DNA of 32,000 nt from assembly GCA_010202845.1 (NCBI GenBank), contig CP047921.1, forward strand, positions 570,001 through 602,000, in the 5' to 3' direction. Below, piece by piece: positions 1-9,456 of the stretch. The number at the start of each line of letters is the position of its first letter. Positions within the stretch are counted from its first letter, which is position 1. Both the position numbers and the translations under genes were made by a program. The DNA comes from Candidatus Saccharibacteria bacterium oral taxon 488. Lineage in GTDB: Bacteria; Patescibacteriota; Saccharimonadia; Saccharimonadales; Saccharimonadaceae. The notes under the pieces are model-generated. The model saw nothing but the letters and a program-made list of their open reading frames with translations. It did not search any database and was not told where the DNA came from.

Positions 1-2134
1 AGATGCCGTAAGTATTCTTCAGCGAGTTTTCCATACCGGGGTGCAAGTAGGTGATTTCTTCTTCGCCGTGTTTGCGCTTGATGAATGAGTCGATAAACTG
101 CATCGGGCCCGGGCGATACAAGGCCACCATGGCGATGATGTCTTCAAAGACACTTGGTTTGAGCTCGCGCAGGTACCGCTTCATGCCAGCCGATTCCAAC
201 TGGAACACGCCAGTGGTGTCGCCGCGCTGGAATAATTTGTAGGTTTCTTCATCATCCAGCGGCAGCGTTGATAAATCAATATCCGTTTTGTAGACTTTAC
301 GAATAATACGCAGGGCGTTGTTAATGATGGACAGGTTAGACAAGCCCAAAAAGTCCATCTTCAGTAGCCCGAGCTCCTCAACCGGACCCATGGGGTACTG
401 CGTCGCCACCACGCCCTTTTGCGCCATCTCCAGGGGCACGTATTTCACCAAATCATCCGGTGCAATCACCACGCCGGCGGCATGCACACCGTGCGAACGA
501 ATCGTTCCCTCCAGCTGCGACGCAAAGTCATAAACTGTTTTGGCAGTCGGGTTGCTTTCATACTCGTTTTTAAGGTCGGGGTCTTCCTCGAGCGACTTTT
601 TGATAGGCACATGACGGCCCTGGACGGGTGGCGGAATGAGCTTGGCCAGCCGGTCCGACTCGCCATATGGTACCTGCAGCACCCGCGCCACGTCACGCAC
701 TGACGCCCGCGCTGCCATGGTGCCAAAGGTACAAATGTTGGCTACCCGTTCTGAGCCATATTTCTTGGCACAATATTCGATCACTTCACCGCGGCGGGTA
801 TCTTGAATGTCGATATCGATGTCGGGCATGGAAATACGATCCGGGTTGAGGAATCGCTCAAACAGCAAATCATAATGTAGCGGATCAAGGTCGGTGATGT
901 TCAGCGCATAAGCGATGATTGAACCAGCCGCCGAACCACGTCCCGGGCCAAAGATAATTCCTTGGGATTTGCCCCAGTTGATAAAATCCTGGACGATCAA
1001 AAAGTAGCCGTTATAGCCCATGTTGTCGAGCACGCCGAATTCCATGTCTAGTCGCTCTAGCTGCGCCTCTGATAACTTGGCGCGCAGCTCGTCGTTTGGC
1101 AATTTCTTGGCATCCTCCAGCTTCATACCAGCGTAGCGCGCCGCCATGCCGCTGTACACCAGATGATCCAGATATTCCTTTTCGGACTCACCGTTTGGCG
1201 TTGGAAATTTCGGGATGAGAATATCGCCAAGTTTAATTTCTACGTCACACCGATCGGCGATGGCTTTGGTGTTGGCGATTGCCTGGGGATTGGTTTTTTG
1301 CCACCGCGAAATGATATCTTCTGGTGTGGTCAAATGGAGCTCAAAATCCTTCAAGCTCATCCGCTTTTCATCACTCAAATACGCACCAGTACCGACGCAC
1401 AGCAAAATCTCATGCGCCTCCTGGTCTTCGTGATTGAGGTAATGGCCGTCGCTAGTCACTACACACGGAATATCCAGTTCCTCGCTGATGCGCTCAATGT
1501 AATCATTGACCTTTTTCTGCTCCGGCCAGTGGCTGCGCGCTTCGGGGTGGCCATGGTCTTGAAGCTCCATGTAGTAGCGATCACCAAACACTGACTTGTA
1601 CCAGCCAGCAATTTCCTTAGCTTTTTCATAATCATCATTACGCAAATTCTCACCCAGCTCACCACCGATACAACCAGACATACAGATGATGCCTTCGTTG
1701 TATTGCTCCAGTAGCTCGTGGTCAATGCGCGGTTTATAGTAGACGCCTTCGAGGTTGGCGATGGTGCTAAGCTGCATCAGGTTTTGATAGCCCTTGTGAT
1801 TCATCGCCAGCAGCGTCAAGTGATAACGTGCCTTGTCCTTGGCGGGGTCACGGTCGTGGCGAGTGCGGGCTGCTACGTAGGTTTCGATGCCGATGATTGG
1901 CTTGATACCAACATTCTTGGCCGCTTTATAAAACTCAATCGCGCCCGACATCGTGCCGTGGTCAGTAATGGCACAGGCCTCCATACCCAGCTCCTTCACC
2001 CGTGCCACCATGTCAGGAATTTTAGTCAGCCCATCCAGAAGCGAATGGTGGGTGTGATTGTGCAGGTGTACGTAATCAGACGGCTGCAACGCGGCCGCGG
2101 CTTGAGCTGAAGCTGTCGTATGTTTGGTAGCCAT
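1..2134 (-). CDS. dnaE: DNA polymerase III alpha subunit, N-terminal ~711 codons (3' end lies beyond position 1)
   Basis: Absent from the ORF track because the frame has no stop inside the window. My translation from ATG 2134..2132 gives MATKHTTASAQAAAALQPSDYVHLHNHTHHSLLDGLTKIPDMVARVKELGMEACAITDHGTMSGAIEFYKAAK (PHP domain). The same frame at 190..2 reads KRYLRELKPSVFEDIIAMVALYRPGPMQFIDSFIKRKHGEE, a hallmark DnaE segment. GGGAGG lies about 11 nt upstream of the ATG. Confidence 0.9.
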   Translation of the reverse strand, partial: MATKHTTASAQAAAALQPSDYVHLHNHTHHSLLDGLTKIPDMVARVKELGMEACAITDHGTMSGAIEFYKAAKNVGIKPIIGIETYVAARTRHDRDPAKDKARYHLTLLAMNHKGYQNLMQLSTIANLEGVYYKPRIDHELLEQYNEGIICMSGCIGGELGENLRNDDYEKAKEIAGWYKSVFGDRYYMELQDHGHPEARSHWPEQKKVNDYIERISEELDIPCVVTSDGHYLNHEDQEAHEILLCVGTGAYLSDEKRMSLKDFELHLTTPEDIISRWQKTNPQAIANTKAIADRCDVEIKLGDILIPKFPTPNGESEKEYLDHLVYSGMAARYAGMKLEDAKKLPNDELRAKLSEAQLERLDMEFGVLDNMGYNGYFLIVQDFINWGKSQGIIFGPGRGSAAGSIIAYALNITDLDPLHYDLLFERFLNPDRISMPDIDIDIQDTRRGEVIEYCAKKYGSERVANICTFGTMAARASVRDVARVLQVPYGESDRLAKLIPPPVQGRHVPIKKSLEEDPDLKNEYESNPTAKTVYDFASQLEGTIRSHGVHAAGVVIAPDDLVKYVPLEMAQKGVVATQYPMGPVEELGLLKMDFLGLSNLSIINNALRIIRKVYKTDIDLSTLPLDDEETYKLFQRGDTTGVFQLESAGMKRYLRELKPSVFEDIIAMVALYRPGPMQFIDSFIKRKHGEEEITYLHPGMENSLKNTYGI

Positions 2135-2181
2135 TATTTATTGCGCCTCCCTTGTGGGCGCCACCTCCTCTTTCTCCACCC

Positions 2182-2190
2182 AGTATAGCA
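2182..2190 (-). promoter_or_regulatory. putative extended -10 promoter (TGcTATACT) for dnaE, giving a ~47-nt leader with an SD
   Basis: Minus-strand reading catgcTATACTggg directly after the stop of the upstream gene, followed by a leader containing GGGAGG. Confidence 0.4.
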
Positions 2191-2192
2191 TG

Positions 2193-2546
2193 CTAGCGCC
2201 GCCGCTGCATGGTATCAATCAGCTGGTTGAGAAAATCCGCCAGCGCCGGAAAGACGTCGGCAAACCGCCCGAGCAGCCAAGCTGACACCATGATCAGTAC
2301 CGTCACGCCCACAAGGCTACCCATGCCAAAGAAAAAGCCGCGCCAAAAGTTTATCCAATAGATCTGCCGCCGCGATCGATGAAAATCAAAAAACAGATCT
2401 TCAATCATTGCCTGCCGGGCGCCATTTTCGTTATCACGCTTGATGCGATCAATGGCTCGGCGGGCTACCGAGGGACGTGGGTCGGCGGCCTTCTTGTCCT
2501 CATGGCCACTTTCTCTCGACGATTTAGTTGGCGCCATTTTCCTCAA
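2193..2546 (-). CDS. small membrane protein, hypothetical (DUF5665-like by recollection)
   Basis: 117-aa ORF with a basic N-terminus followed by the hydrophobic segment INFWRGFFFGMGSLVGVTVLIMVSAWLLG. It overlaps the galU stop by 23 nt; an alternative ATG 9 nt downstream still overlaps. The family assignment is from memory only. Confidence 0.6.
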   Translation of the reverse strand: MRKMAPTKSSRESGHEDKKAADPRPSVARRAIDRIKRDNENGARQAMIEDLFFDFHRSRRQIYWINFWRGFFFGMGSLVGVTVLIMVSAWLLGRFADVFPALADFLNQLIDTMQRRR

Positions 2547-3432
2547 GCCGCTTGACTAGATATTCGCGAAGACTCGCACCAAGCTTCGGATCACGCATGC
2601 CAAAATCAATCACTGTCTTGAGATACTCTAGCTTATCGCCAGTGTCATAGTATGTGCCATTGGTAATTTCTACGCCATAAAAACTATGGCCGTCATCAAT
2701 CATGCTCTGCATAATCGGCTGCACCGTAAATTCGCCGTGACCATCAAACGCATGCTTGGCTTTCTCGAGATAGCTAAAGAACTCGCCCGGCAGCAAATAG
2801 CTACTGACACTCGCGAGATCGGACGGGGCATTGGCTTTGCCTGGCTTTTCAACGATGTTTGTCATCTTGATCACGCCGTCAGTAACCTGCTCGCCATTAA
2901 CCACACCGTAACGATCAAATTCAGCATCATCAATAATCTTCTTGCACGATAGCACCGCGCCGTCTAATTTTTGCGCCGCAGTGATCATCTGGCGAAATCG
3001 GCTAGGGCTAGCAGCGATAAAGTCATCAGCAAAGGTATAAATAACCGGCTCATCACCATTGATCAAATGCGCGGCGCAGGTCAACGGTGTGGCATTACCG
3101 TACGGGCCTTTTTGGCGGATATAGACAAAGTTAGCCATCTCTGACAAATTATTTACGATGTCAATCAGTGGCTGCTTCTTGGCGCCGCCCGCCCGTAGAT
3201 TAACCAGCAGCTCCTCGTTCGGCCTGTCGAAATGATCCTCAATTGCTCGTTTGTTGGCGCTGCCGATGATAATGATATCTTTGATGCCGGCTTCGACTAA
3301 TTCCTCGACGACGTATTGGATAATCGGCTTGTCGATCAGCGGCATCATTTCTTTTGGCATGGCCTTGGTCTGCGGCAAGAACCGCGTACCGAAGCCAGCG
3401 GCAGCGATGATAGCTTTGGTTGGTTTTTTCAT
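2524..3432 (-). CDS. galU: UTP--glucose-1-phosphate uridylyltransferase
   Basis: 302 aa. The N-terminus KAIIAAAGFGTRFLPQTKAMPKEMMPLIDKP matches the GalU nucleotide-binding signature. There is a 4-nt ATGA overlap with the upstream NUDIX gene. Confidence 0.9.
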   Translation of the reverse strand: MKKPTKAIIAAAGFGTRFLPQTKAMPKEMMPLIDKPIIQYVVEELVEAGIKDIIIIGSANKRAIEDHFDRPNEELLVNLRAGGAKKQPLIDIVNNLSEMANFVYIRQKGPYGNATPLTCAAHLINGDEPVIYTFADDFIAASPSRFRQMITAAQKLDGAVLSCKKIIDDAEFDRYGVVNGEQVTDGVIKMTNIVEKPGKANAPSDLASVSSYLLPGEFFSYLEKAKHAFDGHGEFTVQPIMQSMIDDGHSFYGVEITNGTYYDTGDKLEYLKTVIDFGMRDPKLGASLREYLVKRLEENGAN

Positions 3433-4001
3433 GATAGTTCCTCCTGTCGTAGGTTATCTAAATAATCAAACAAAAGCGCGAATGGCCCTGTTACACATAA
3501 ATCACCCGCCCGAGCGATAGCAAACAACTCTGCCGCTGAAACAAACCGTAGTTCAGCGCCCTGGCTACTTTCAGCTTCATCAAGGTGGATTGCATCCTCA
3601 TTGTACACGCAGTCAGTCGCCAAGTACACTGCGATCTTGATATTGATGTACGGCCCCTCATAGCATTCACCAATATATTCAAAGTGCCCTGGCGTGCAGC
3701 CGGTCTCTTCCACTAGTTCACGCCGCGCTACCATCTCTACTGCTTCACCCGGCTCCCCGTCACCGCCGGGAAAATCATAGAGCCATTTTTCTGGACCAGC
3801 TCGAAACTGATAGGTCATAGCGATCTTGCTATCCGTCGTCACTGCCACCACCAACACTGACACTAACTCCTCAGAAAAGAAGGTTGTAAACTCATGCTGC
3901 TCACCATCCTCTGCTTGATACCGCTTGATGACGGCCGAGCGCTTGTACGCCTCGCCGACAGTCTGCGTGGTGGTTGGCTGAATACGCGTGAATGTTTTCA
4001 T
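3429..4001 (-). CDS. NUDIX hydrolase (ADP-ribose pyrophosphatase-like)
   Basis: 190 aa with the Nudix box GGDGEPGEAVEMVARRELVEETG (GX5EX7REUXEEXGU). Its start shares 1 nt with the gatB stop. Confidence 0.85.
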   Translation of the reverse strand: MKTFTRIQPTTTQTVGEAYKRSAVIKRYQAEDGEQHEFTTFFSEELVSVLVVAVTTDSKIAMTYQFRAGPEKWLYDFPGGDGEPGEAVEMVARRELVEETGCTPGHFEYIGECYEGPYINIKIAVYLATDCVYNEDAIHLDEAESSQGAELRFVSAAELFAIARAGDLCVTGPFALLFDYLDNLRQEELS

Positions 4002-5503
4002 TACAGTCGCTCTCGGATTAGTTTCTGGGCGAGGCTCGGGTTGGCCTGGCCCTTAGAGCGCTTCATGACTTGACCGACGAGGTAGCCGATAGCTTTGTCT
4101 TTGCCCGAGCGAATATCAGCGATGGATGCCGCTGAGGCTGGGTCGTTCAATACTTCGTCAACGATGGCTGCGATCGCTCCCTCATCAGACACCTGCAACA
4201 AATTCTTACTCTCGGCAATCTCGCGCGGCCCCTGCTCGAGATATTGTCGATCAAATAGACTAAGGAAAAGCTCTTTGCCGCCAGTCGAGCTCACGTCGCT
4301 ATTCTCGACGAGTAGTGACAGCTCCGTCAACCGACGCGGCCCGACATAGCCCTCCCCGATGAGATCCATATCAATCAGCTCCTCCGGCGTCGAAGCAAAC
4401 CAGTTAAAGATCCGCTTGACCAGCCGCTGATATTTTATCTTGTCAACTCCCAACTCATCAAGAACAGCTTGCTCGTTATGCACCGTCAGCGTCTTGATAG
4501 CGTCAAGCAATATCGCGAGCGACTGATGGCCGAGGATCGTCGTAATCACCGAATGATCCAACCCCAGATCAGCCCAACGCTCTCGGCACTGGCTTGGCAT
4601 CAGCGGCATATACTGCTGCATGTGAGCAATCTCCTCGTCAGTCAAAACAATCGGCGGGATATCCGGATCGGGCATGTAGCGATAATCCTGGGCGTCCTCT
4701 TTCGAGCGCTGCGAAGTAGTGATTTGCTTGTCGTCGCTCCAGCCGCGAGTTTCCTGCACCACCGATTCACCACTTTCCAGCAAGTCGACTTGGCGCTTAA
4801 ATTCGTATTCAGCGGCACGTTCGACGCTGCGGAACGAGTTAAGGTTCTTGACTTCTGCGCGTTTGCCAAGCTCGGTCGCGCCTTTTTTAGCCACCGAAAT
4901 ATTAACATCAAACCGCATGTTGCCGTGGTATAAATCACCGTGCGTAACGCCAGCGTAGACCATCAATTTGTGCAGCTCCGAAGCGTACGCTTTGGCCTCC
5001 TCGGCAGAATGCATGTCCGGCTCAGAGACGATTTCAATCAGCGGCGTGCCAGCGCGGTTGAGGTCAACCAGCGAATAACCGTCGTGGTGCGTCAACTTGC
5101 CAGCGTCCTCTTCCATGTGCGCATGATGAATCCGCACCCGCTTGAGCGAACCGTCTTCTAGCGGCGCGTCAACATAGCCAGCCAAGATAATCGGCTGATA
5201 CATCTGCGATGTCTGGTAGCCCTTTGGCAGGTCAGGGTAGAAATAATGTTTGCGATCAAACCGGCTAACGCGGGCGATCGGCGCATTCAACGCCTTGCCA
5301 GCACGCACCGCCAGCTCGACAGCATGCTTGTTGAGCACCGGCAGCATGCCTGGCAATCCAAAATCGATTTCATGCGTTTTTTCGTTTGGCTCAGCGTCGC
5401 GAGCGTCGTTATCAGCCGGACTAAACAGCTTGGTTTTGGTCGCCAGCTGGACATGGCACTCGATGCCAATGGTCATTTCATATTCATCATATACACTCAT
5501 CAT
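4001..5503 (-). CDS. gatB: Asp/Glu-tRNA(Asn/Gln) amidotransferase subunit B
   Basis: 500 aa. It contains YEMTIGIECHVQLATKTKLFS and GTPLIEIVSEPDM, typical of GatB, plus a C-terminal YqeY-like tail. It sits in an operon with gatC and gatA. Confidence 0.95.
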   Translation of the reverse strand: MMSVYDEYEMTIGIECHVQLATKTKLFSPADNDARDAEPNEKTHEIDFGLPGMLPVLNKHAVELAVRAGKALNAPIARVSRFDRKHYFYPDLPKGYQTSQMYQPIILAGYVDAPLEDGSLKRVRIHHAHMEEDAGKLTHHDGYSLVDLNRAGTPLIEIVSEPDMHSAEEAKAYASELHKLMVYAGVTHGDLYHGNMRFDVNISVAKKGATELGKRAEVKNLNSFRSVERAAEYEFKRQVDLLESGESVVQETRGWSDDKQITTSQRSKEDAQDYRYMPDPDIPPIVLTDEEIAHMQQYMPLMPSQCRERWADLGLDHSVITTILGHQSLAILLDAIKTLTVHNEQAVLDELGVDKIKYQRLVKRIFNWFASTPEELIDMDLIGEGYVGPRRLTELSLLVENSDVSSTGGKELFLSLFDRQYLEQGPREIAESKNLLQVSDEGAIAAIVDEVLNDPASAASIADIRSGKDKAIGYLVGQVMKRSKGQANPSLAQKLIRERL

Positions 5504-5919
5504 AACGCTCCCAAATCTTTTAGTGCTTGCTCAAATGCGGCCATTGCCCGCTTGAATGTCTGGGTGGTGATAGTGACCCGACTTTCGTGGGCAATCTGAT
5601 TACGCAGTTTGTGCGCCGACCAAACTGCGTCCTCATTCGTCCACAAACCACGCCGTGCCTTGAGCCGCTCACCCATCGTCGTACCACTAACGCCATATTC
5701 GCGCATCGCCCGGTCCAGCAGCTTGTCAGCTTTGATAATCGCCATCTGCAGACTGTCGGGATTATTTGTATCAGCCACACGCTGCACCGCCTGCCAGACT
5801 TTTCGGTATAGTTCCCGGTCGAGCTTCTCCGTTTGTTTTGACGTCAACTGAATGAATAGCATCAATAGGCCACCGATCACCAGCGCCGCCACCACTAGCG
5901 CGATCAACAATCCATCCAT
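5500..5919 (-). CDS. membrane-anchored alpha-helical protein with an HEPN-like R-x4-H motif, hypothetical
   Basis: 139-aa ORF. Its ATG shares its A with the gatA TGA (TGATG), and its stop overlaps the gatB ATG by 4 nt. It has an N-terminal hydrophobic helix LLIALVVAALVIGGLLMLFI followed by a K/R-rich stretch, and a C-terminal KLRNQIAHE (R106..H111). Confidence 0.7.
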   Translation of the reverse strand: MDGLLIALVVAALVIGGLLMLFIQLTSKQTEKLDRELYRKVWQAVQRVADTNNPDSLQMAIIKADKLLDRAMREYGVSGTTMGERLKARRGLWTNEDAVWSAHKLRNQIAHESRVTITTQTFKRAMAAFEQALKDLGAL

Positions 5920-7289
5920 CAGATGACCTCCACTTCCGCCGCCAGTTTCAGCAGGCTTCCATCCGAACGGTAATTACCAACTAGCTGCACGCCGATCGGC
6001 AAGCCCTCGTCGTTACTTCCAGCCGGCACAGAAATTGCCGGCAGTCCAGCTAGACTAGCCGGCACGGTCATGATGTCAGACAGATACATCTTGATCGGAT
6101 CACCAGTGTTCTCACCAAGTTTGAATGCTGGTGTCGGCGCCGTCGGCATTAACAGCGCGTCGTACTCAGTGAACAACTTTTTGAACTCGTTAATGAGCAG
6201 CGTGCGCGCTTTTTGCGCCTGCATGTAGTAAGCGTCAAAGAAACCGCTCGACAACACGAAACTACCGATCATAATCCGCCGCTTGTTCTCCGTCATAAAA
6301 CCTTCGTTACGGCTGCGGCCGTACAATTCCGCCAGCGTTTTCACCTCGGCCGCTCGGTGACCATAACGCACACCATCATAGCGTGCCAGATTTGACGACA
6401 GTTCCGCCGGCACGATGATATAGTACATCGCCAGCGAATATTGCATCATATCTAGATCTACTTCTTCAATTCCATAACCCAGCTGCTTCAGTTTTTCAGC
6501 ATAGTCAAGCGTTTTCTGGCGCACCGCCGCGTCCACATCGTCAGTCATACATTGCTTAACCAAACCAATCTTTTTCTTGGTAAAGCCTGGCTGGTTCTGC
6601 CAAAAGTCCGGCAGCGTCGTCATATCCTTGCCGTCGCGGCCCGCCATAATTTCCATCACCAAATTAGCATCATCAGCATTCGTGGTGAAACAACCAATGG
6701 TGTCGGTGCTCGAGGCCATAGCTACTACGCCGTAGCGACTGACTGCACCGTAGGTTGGCTTGACACCGACCACGCCGTTAAAGCTGGCCGGCTGACGAAT
6801 TGAACCGCCAGTATCTGTGCCCAGTGCAAACGGTACCACGTTAAGCGCCGTCACTACCGCCGAACCGCCCGAAGAACCGCCGGCTACCCGAGTTTTATCC
6901 GTAGCGTTTTTGGTCGGACCAAAGGCTGAGTTTTCCGTCGAACCGCCGTGAGCAAAGGCGTCCAAGTTCGCCTTGCCAATGCAAATTGCACCTTCAGCTT
7001 CTAATTTTTCAACGGCTGTTGCCTGGAGCGGCGCCTCAAAATTCTCGAGCATTTTTGAAGCAGCAGTTGTCGGCGCCCCAAAGGCCAAGAAATTATCTTT
7101 TACCACAAACGGCACGCCAGCCAGCCGGCCAGAAATTTCACCCTTATCCACCAGTTCGGCACGCTCCAGCGCCCGCTCTTCTGTCAAACTCAGCAGCGCA
7201 TAATATTCTTCAGTGTCGCGCGCTCGCCGCAGTGCTTCTTTAACATTTTCGACCGCGCTTTTTCTGGCAAAATCACTAATCTGGCTCAT
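5919..7289 (-). CDS. gatA: Asp/Glu-tRNA(Asn/Gln) amidotransferase subunit A
   Basis: 456 aa with the amidase signature GGSSGGSAVVTA and the GTDTGGSIRQPA segment. Confidence 0.95.
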   Translation of the reverse strand: MSQISDFARKSAVENVKEALRRARDTEEYYALLSLTEERALERAELVDKGEISGRLAGVPFVVKDNFLAFGAPTTAASKMLENFEAPLQATAVEKLEAEGAICIGKANLDAFAHGGSTENSAFGPTKNATDKTRVAGGSSGGSAVVTALNVVPFALGTDTGGSIRQPASFNGVVGVKPTYGAVSRYGVVAMASSTDTIGCFTTNADDANLVMEIMAGRDGKDMTTLPDFWQNQPGFTKKKIGLVKQCMTDDVDAAVRQKTLDYAEKLKQLGYGIEEVDLDMMQYSLAMYYIIVPAELSSNLARYDGVRYGHRAAEVKTLAELYGRSRNEGFMTENKRRIMIGSFVLSSGFFDAYYMQAQKARTLLINEFKKLFTEYDALLMPTAPTPAFKLGENTGDPIKMYLSDIMTVPASLAGLPAISVPAGSNDEGLPIGVQLVGNYRSDGSLLKLAAEVEVI

Positions 7290-7576
7290 TACAATACCTG
7301 CGGCACTTTCACTTGACTATTCTGTTTTTCAGGCGCCAAGTTAAGCAGTACTTCTCTGGAAACCCCTGACTGAACCTCATCTTCGCGCCAGACATTCTCT
7401 AGTCCCGTCACTTGATAAGTTGGCTCCACACCCGCCGTATCAAGCTCACCGAGCTGCTCAATATAGCCAATTATATTTTCCAAATCTTGGCGCAGTCCAT
7501 CAACTTCATCATCAGCTAATGCCAGACTACTCAAACTCGCCAAGTGCTGAATATCACTGGTAGAAATAGTTGTCAT
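7289..7576 (-). CDS. gatC: Asp/Glu-tRNA(Asn/Gln) amidotransferase subunit C
   Basis: 95 aa with GatC-like sequence (HLASLSSLALADDEVDGLRQDLENIIGYIEQL). Its stop shares 1 nt with the gatA start. Confidence 0.9.
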   Translation of the reverse strand: MTTISTSDIQHLASLSSLALADDEVDGLRQDLENIIGYIEQLGELDTAGVEPTYQVTGLENVWREDEVQSGVSREVLLNLAPEKQNSQVKVPQVL

Positions 7577-7583
7577 ACAGTCT

Positions 7584-7592
7584 ATTATAGCA
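7584..7592 (-). promoter_or_regulatory. extended -10 promoter (TGcTATAAT) 7 nt upstream of the gatC ATG; implies a leaderless gatC transcript
   Basis: The minus strand reads cagTGcTATAATagactgtATG within the 32-nt gap after the upstream gene. No SD is present. Confidence 0.55.
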
Positions 7593-7608
7593 CTGTCTCA
7601 AGGAAAAT

Positions 7609-9456
7609 CTAATAACTTAGCAGTCGCGGCGAATGGAGCGTCACCATCTGCGGCAGACCGTACATACTCATTCCTGAACCAAGTGATAACCCACCGCGGT
7701 TCCAACCGATAGCCGCCGCCGTTGCCGCATCGGTTGCCGCATTTGGTGCGTCTGGTCGCTCAATGTAGCTAATCTTGTTGGCCCCACGATCCGCTACGTA
7801 CACTCGACCATCTGGGCCGCGCAAAACTTGTCCACCGCCATCACCGCCAAGTCCTTTCCAGTCAGGGTGATTTGGCGTTGATGAGTTAGGGAGCGAATCA
7901 GATATTACACAATCCCTGAAATGCTCGCAGCCGGTAAACCCGATAAACCGCTCACTTGTTTTGATAGCACTACTATTGCGACTAGTAATGTCATACCGGA
8001 ACAGTTCACCGGTATATATTTTTGACACATAGACATGACTACCATTAGGCGAGAAATCAGCTGCATACCCTAGGCTATTATCAAGTGGATCATTGTTATA
8101 TACACCGACCGACCAATGAGCAATTGGCGTCATGTTAGTGTCAGCCCCAGATATATCAAATACGTGTAATACTCCAGCGTTACCATTACGATTTGGACAG
8201 ACACTACCCCCCATAAACACCAGCATTTTGGTGGCCTCGTTGTTAAAGTTAATCGAGCCGAATCCCGTTCGCGAAGGACTTGATGGATTTGGTTGCACGA
8301 TACACGGCTGAGCCGGACCAGACGGCACATTATACACTGCTGCATTTGGCGTCTGAATAGTCGCTCCGTTGTCGGTCGAGAAAATATTGAAGGCATAGAC
8401 TTGATTCGGCGAACCCGGCCGATAGGTATATACCACCGCACCATTTCCCGCATTATTCGGCACGGCATTCATCGCCTCGCCAGAATAGTTGCGCGAAAAA
8501 CTGCCCGCCATGCCAATGGACATGTTCTTTTTCGTCACTCGTCCGAGTGGATCATTGGTAAAATCAACGACGTGGTAGTATAACGTACCGAATTTTGCCC
8601 GCTCACGACCATTTGCCGAGTTTGATACTACGAGATATTTAGACTCTTCCTTATTGATCGGGAAAGCAACCACTGCCTGCGTACCAGTACGTGAACCGCA
8701 CAATCCCTGTGGTGATTCACTATAGTATGCTGTTTGACCATCGTCACATGTTGGATTGCCATCGGGAGCCGAGCTATCAACCTGCATAATATTCCGTGCC
8801 GAGTTCCAGATACGAAGTCCGTCAGAGTAGAATTTCAAATTACCATTACGATCGGAAATCGTTGTTAAACCCTCATGGGACGGGCCACTTGAGTGTGTTG
8901 GATGAGGGTGTGGAGTCGGTTTATTTGACCCGCCCGCACCGAAATCGAGACAGACTGAGCCACCGATACACCACCAGCGCTTACTGGCGCGCGTCCCCTT
9001 AAAATCAACTTCCGGGATAGCTTGCTGGCGTGAATTGTAAATATAGGTCTTATACGGGCGGCCATCAGATTTTCGAATCAACTCAAGGTAGCCCTTGACA
9101 TCAGCACGCCGCGGGTTAGTTGTTGAGGTGTATTCACCAATAAAATACGAACGTAATTTGTCATTACGAAATACGTCAATCGCTGTACCATTGCCGCGGC
9201 AATCAGTACCTGGACGCACGCCCGAGGCAATGGCACTGTCATGGCCACGACTGATACATTCATTCATCCGCACCACGCCGGCCTCAGCCGCTTCGCGCGC
9301 CAGCTGATTATAATACTGCTCCATCAAGGCATTAGCTGCTGCCGACGCCAGCTGGAGACCAGCCAACAAAATCAGCAACAGCATAATGCTCGCTACAAGG
9401 ACGGTCGGCAAGACGAACCCACCGTCCTTATCCCACCCAGACGCTTTGTTAGTCAC
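7609..9456 (-). CDS. PilX-N-like (minor pilin/pseudopilin-like) N-terminus fused to a Cys-rich beta-propeller-like domain; putative surface or pilus-tip adhesin
   Basis: The track ORF is 7609..9591. I prefer GTG 9456..9454, which has GGAG 6 nt upstream and only an 8-nt overlap with the upstream stop. The N-terminus GGFVLPTVLVASIMLLLILLAGLQLASAA...NQLAREAAEAGV resembles the PilX_N pattern (hydrophobic helix then AxxAAEAG). The rest has repeated beta-strand motifs (NGNLKFYSDG, LYYHVVD, FSPNGSHVYVS, LRGPDGRVYVA) and many paired Cys residues. The exact start is uncertain. Confidence 0.7.
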   Translation of the reverse strand: MTNKASGWDKDGGFVLPTVLVASIMLLLILLAGLQLASAAANALMEQYYNQLAREAAEAGVVRMNECISRGHDSAIASGVRPGTDCRGNGTAIDVFRNDKLRSYFIGEYTSTTNPRRADVKGYLELIRKSDGRPYKTYIYNSRQQAIPEVDFKGTRASKRWWCIGGSVCLDFGAGGSNKPTPHPHPTHSSGPSHEGLTTISDRNGNLKFYSDGLRIWNSARNIMQVDSSAPDGNPTCDDGQTAYYSESPQGLCGSRTGTQAVVAFPINKEESKYLVVSNSANGRERAKFGTLYYHVVDFTNDPLGRVTKKNMSIGMAGSFSRNYSGEAMNAVPNNAGNGAVVYTYRPGSPNQVYAFNIFSTDNGATIQTPNAAVYNVPSGPAQPCIVQPNPSSPSRTGFGSINFNNEATKMLVFMGGSVCPNRNGNAGVLHVFDISGADTNMTPIAHWSVGVYNNDPLDNSLGYAADFSPNGSHVYVSKIYTGELFRYDITSRNSSAIKTSERFIGFTGCEHFRDCVISDSLPNSSTPNHPDWKGLGGDGGGQVLRGPDGRVYVADRGANKISYIERPDAPNAATDAATAAAIGWNRGGLSLGSGMSMYGLPQMVTLHSPRLLSY

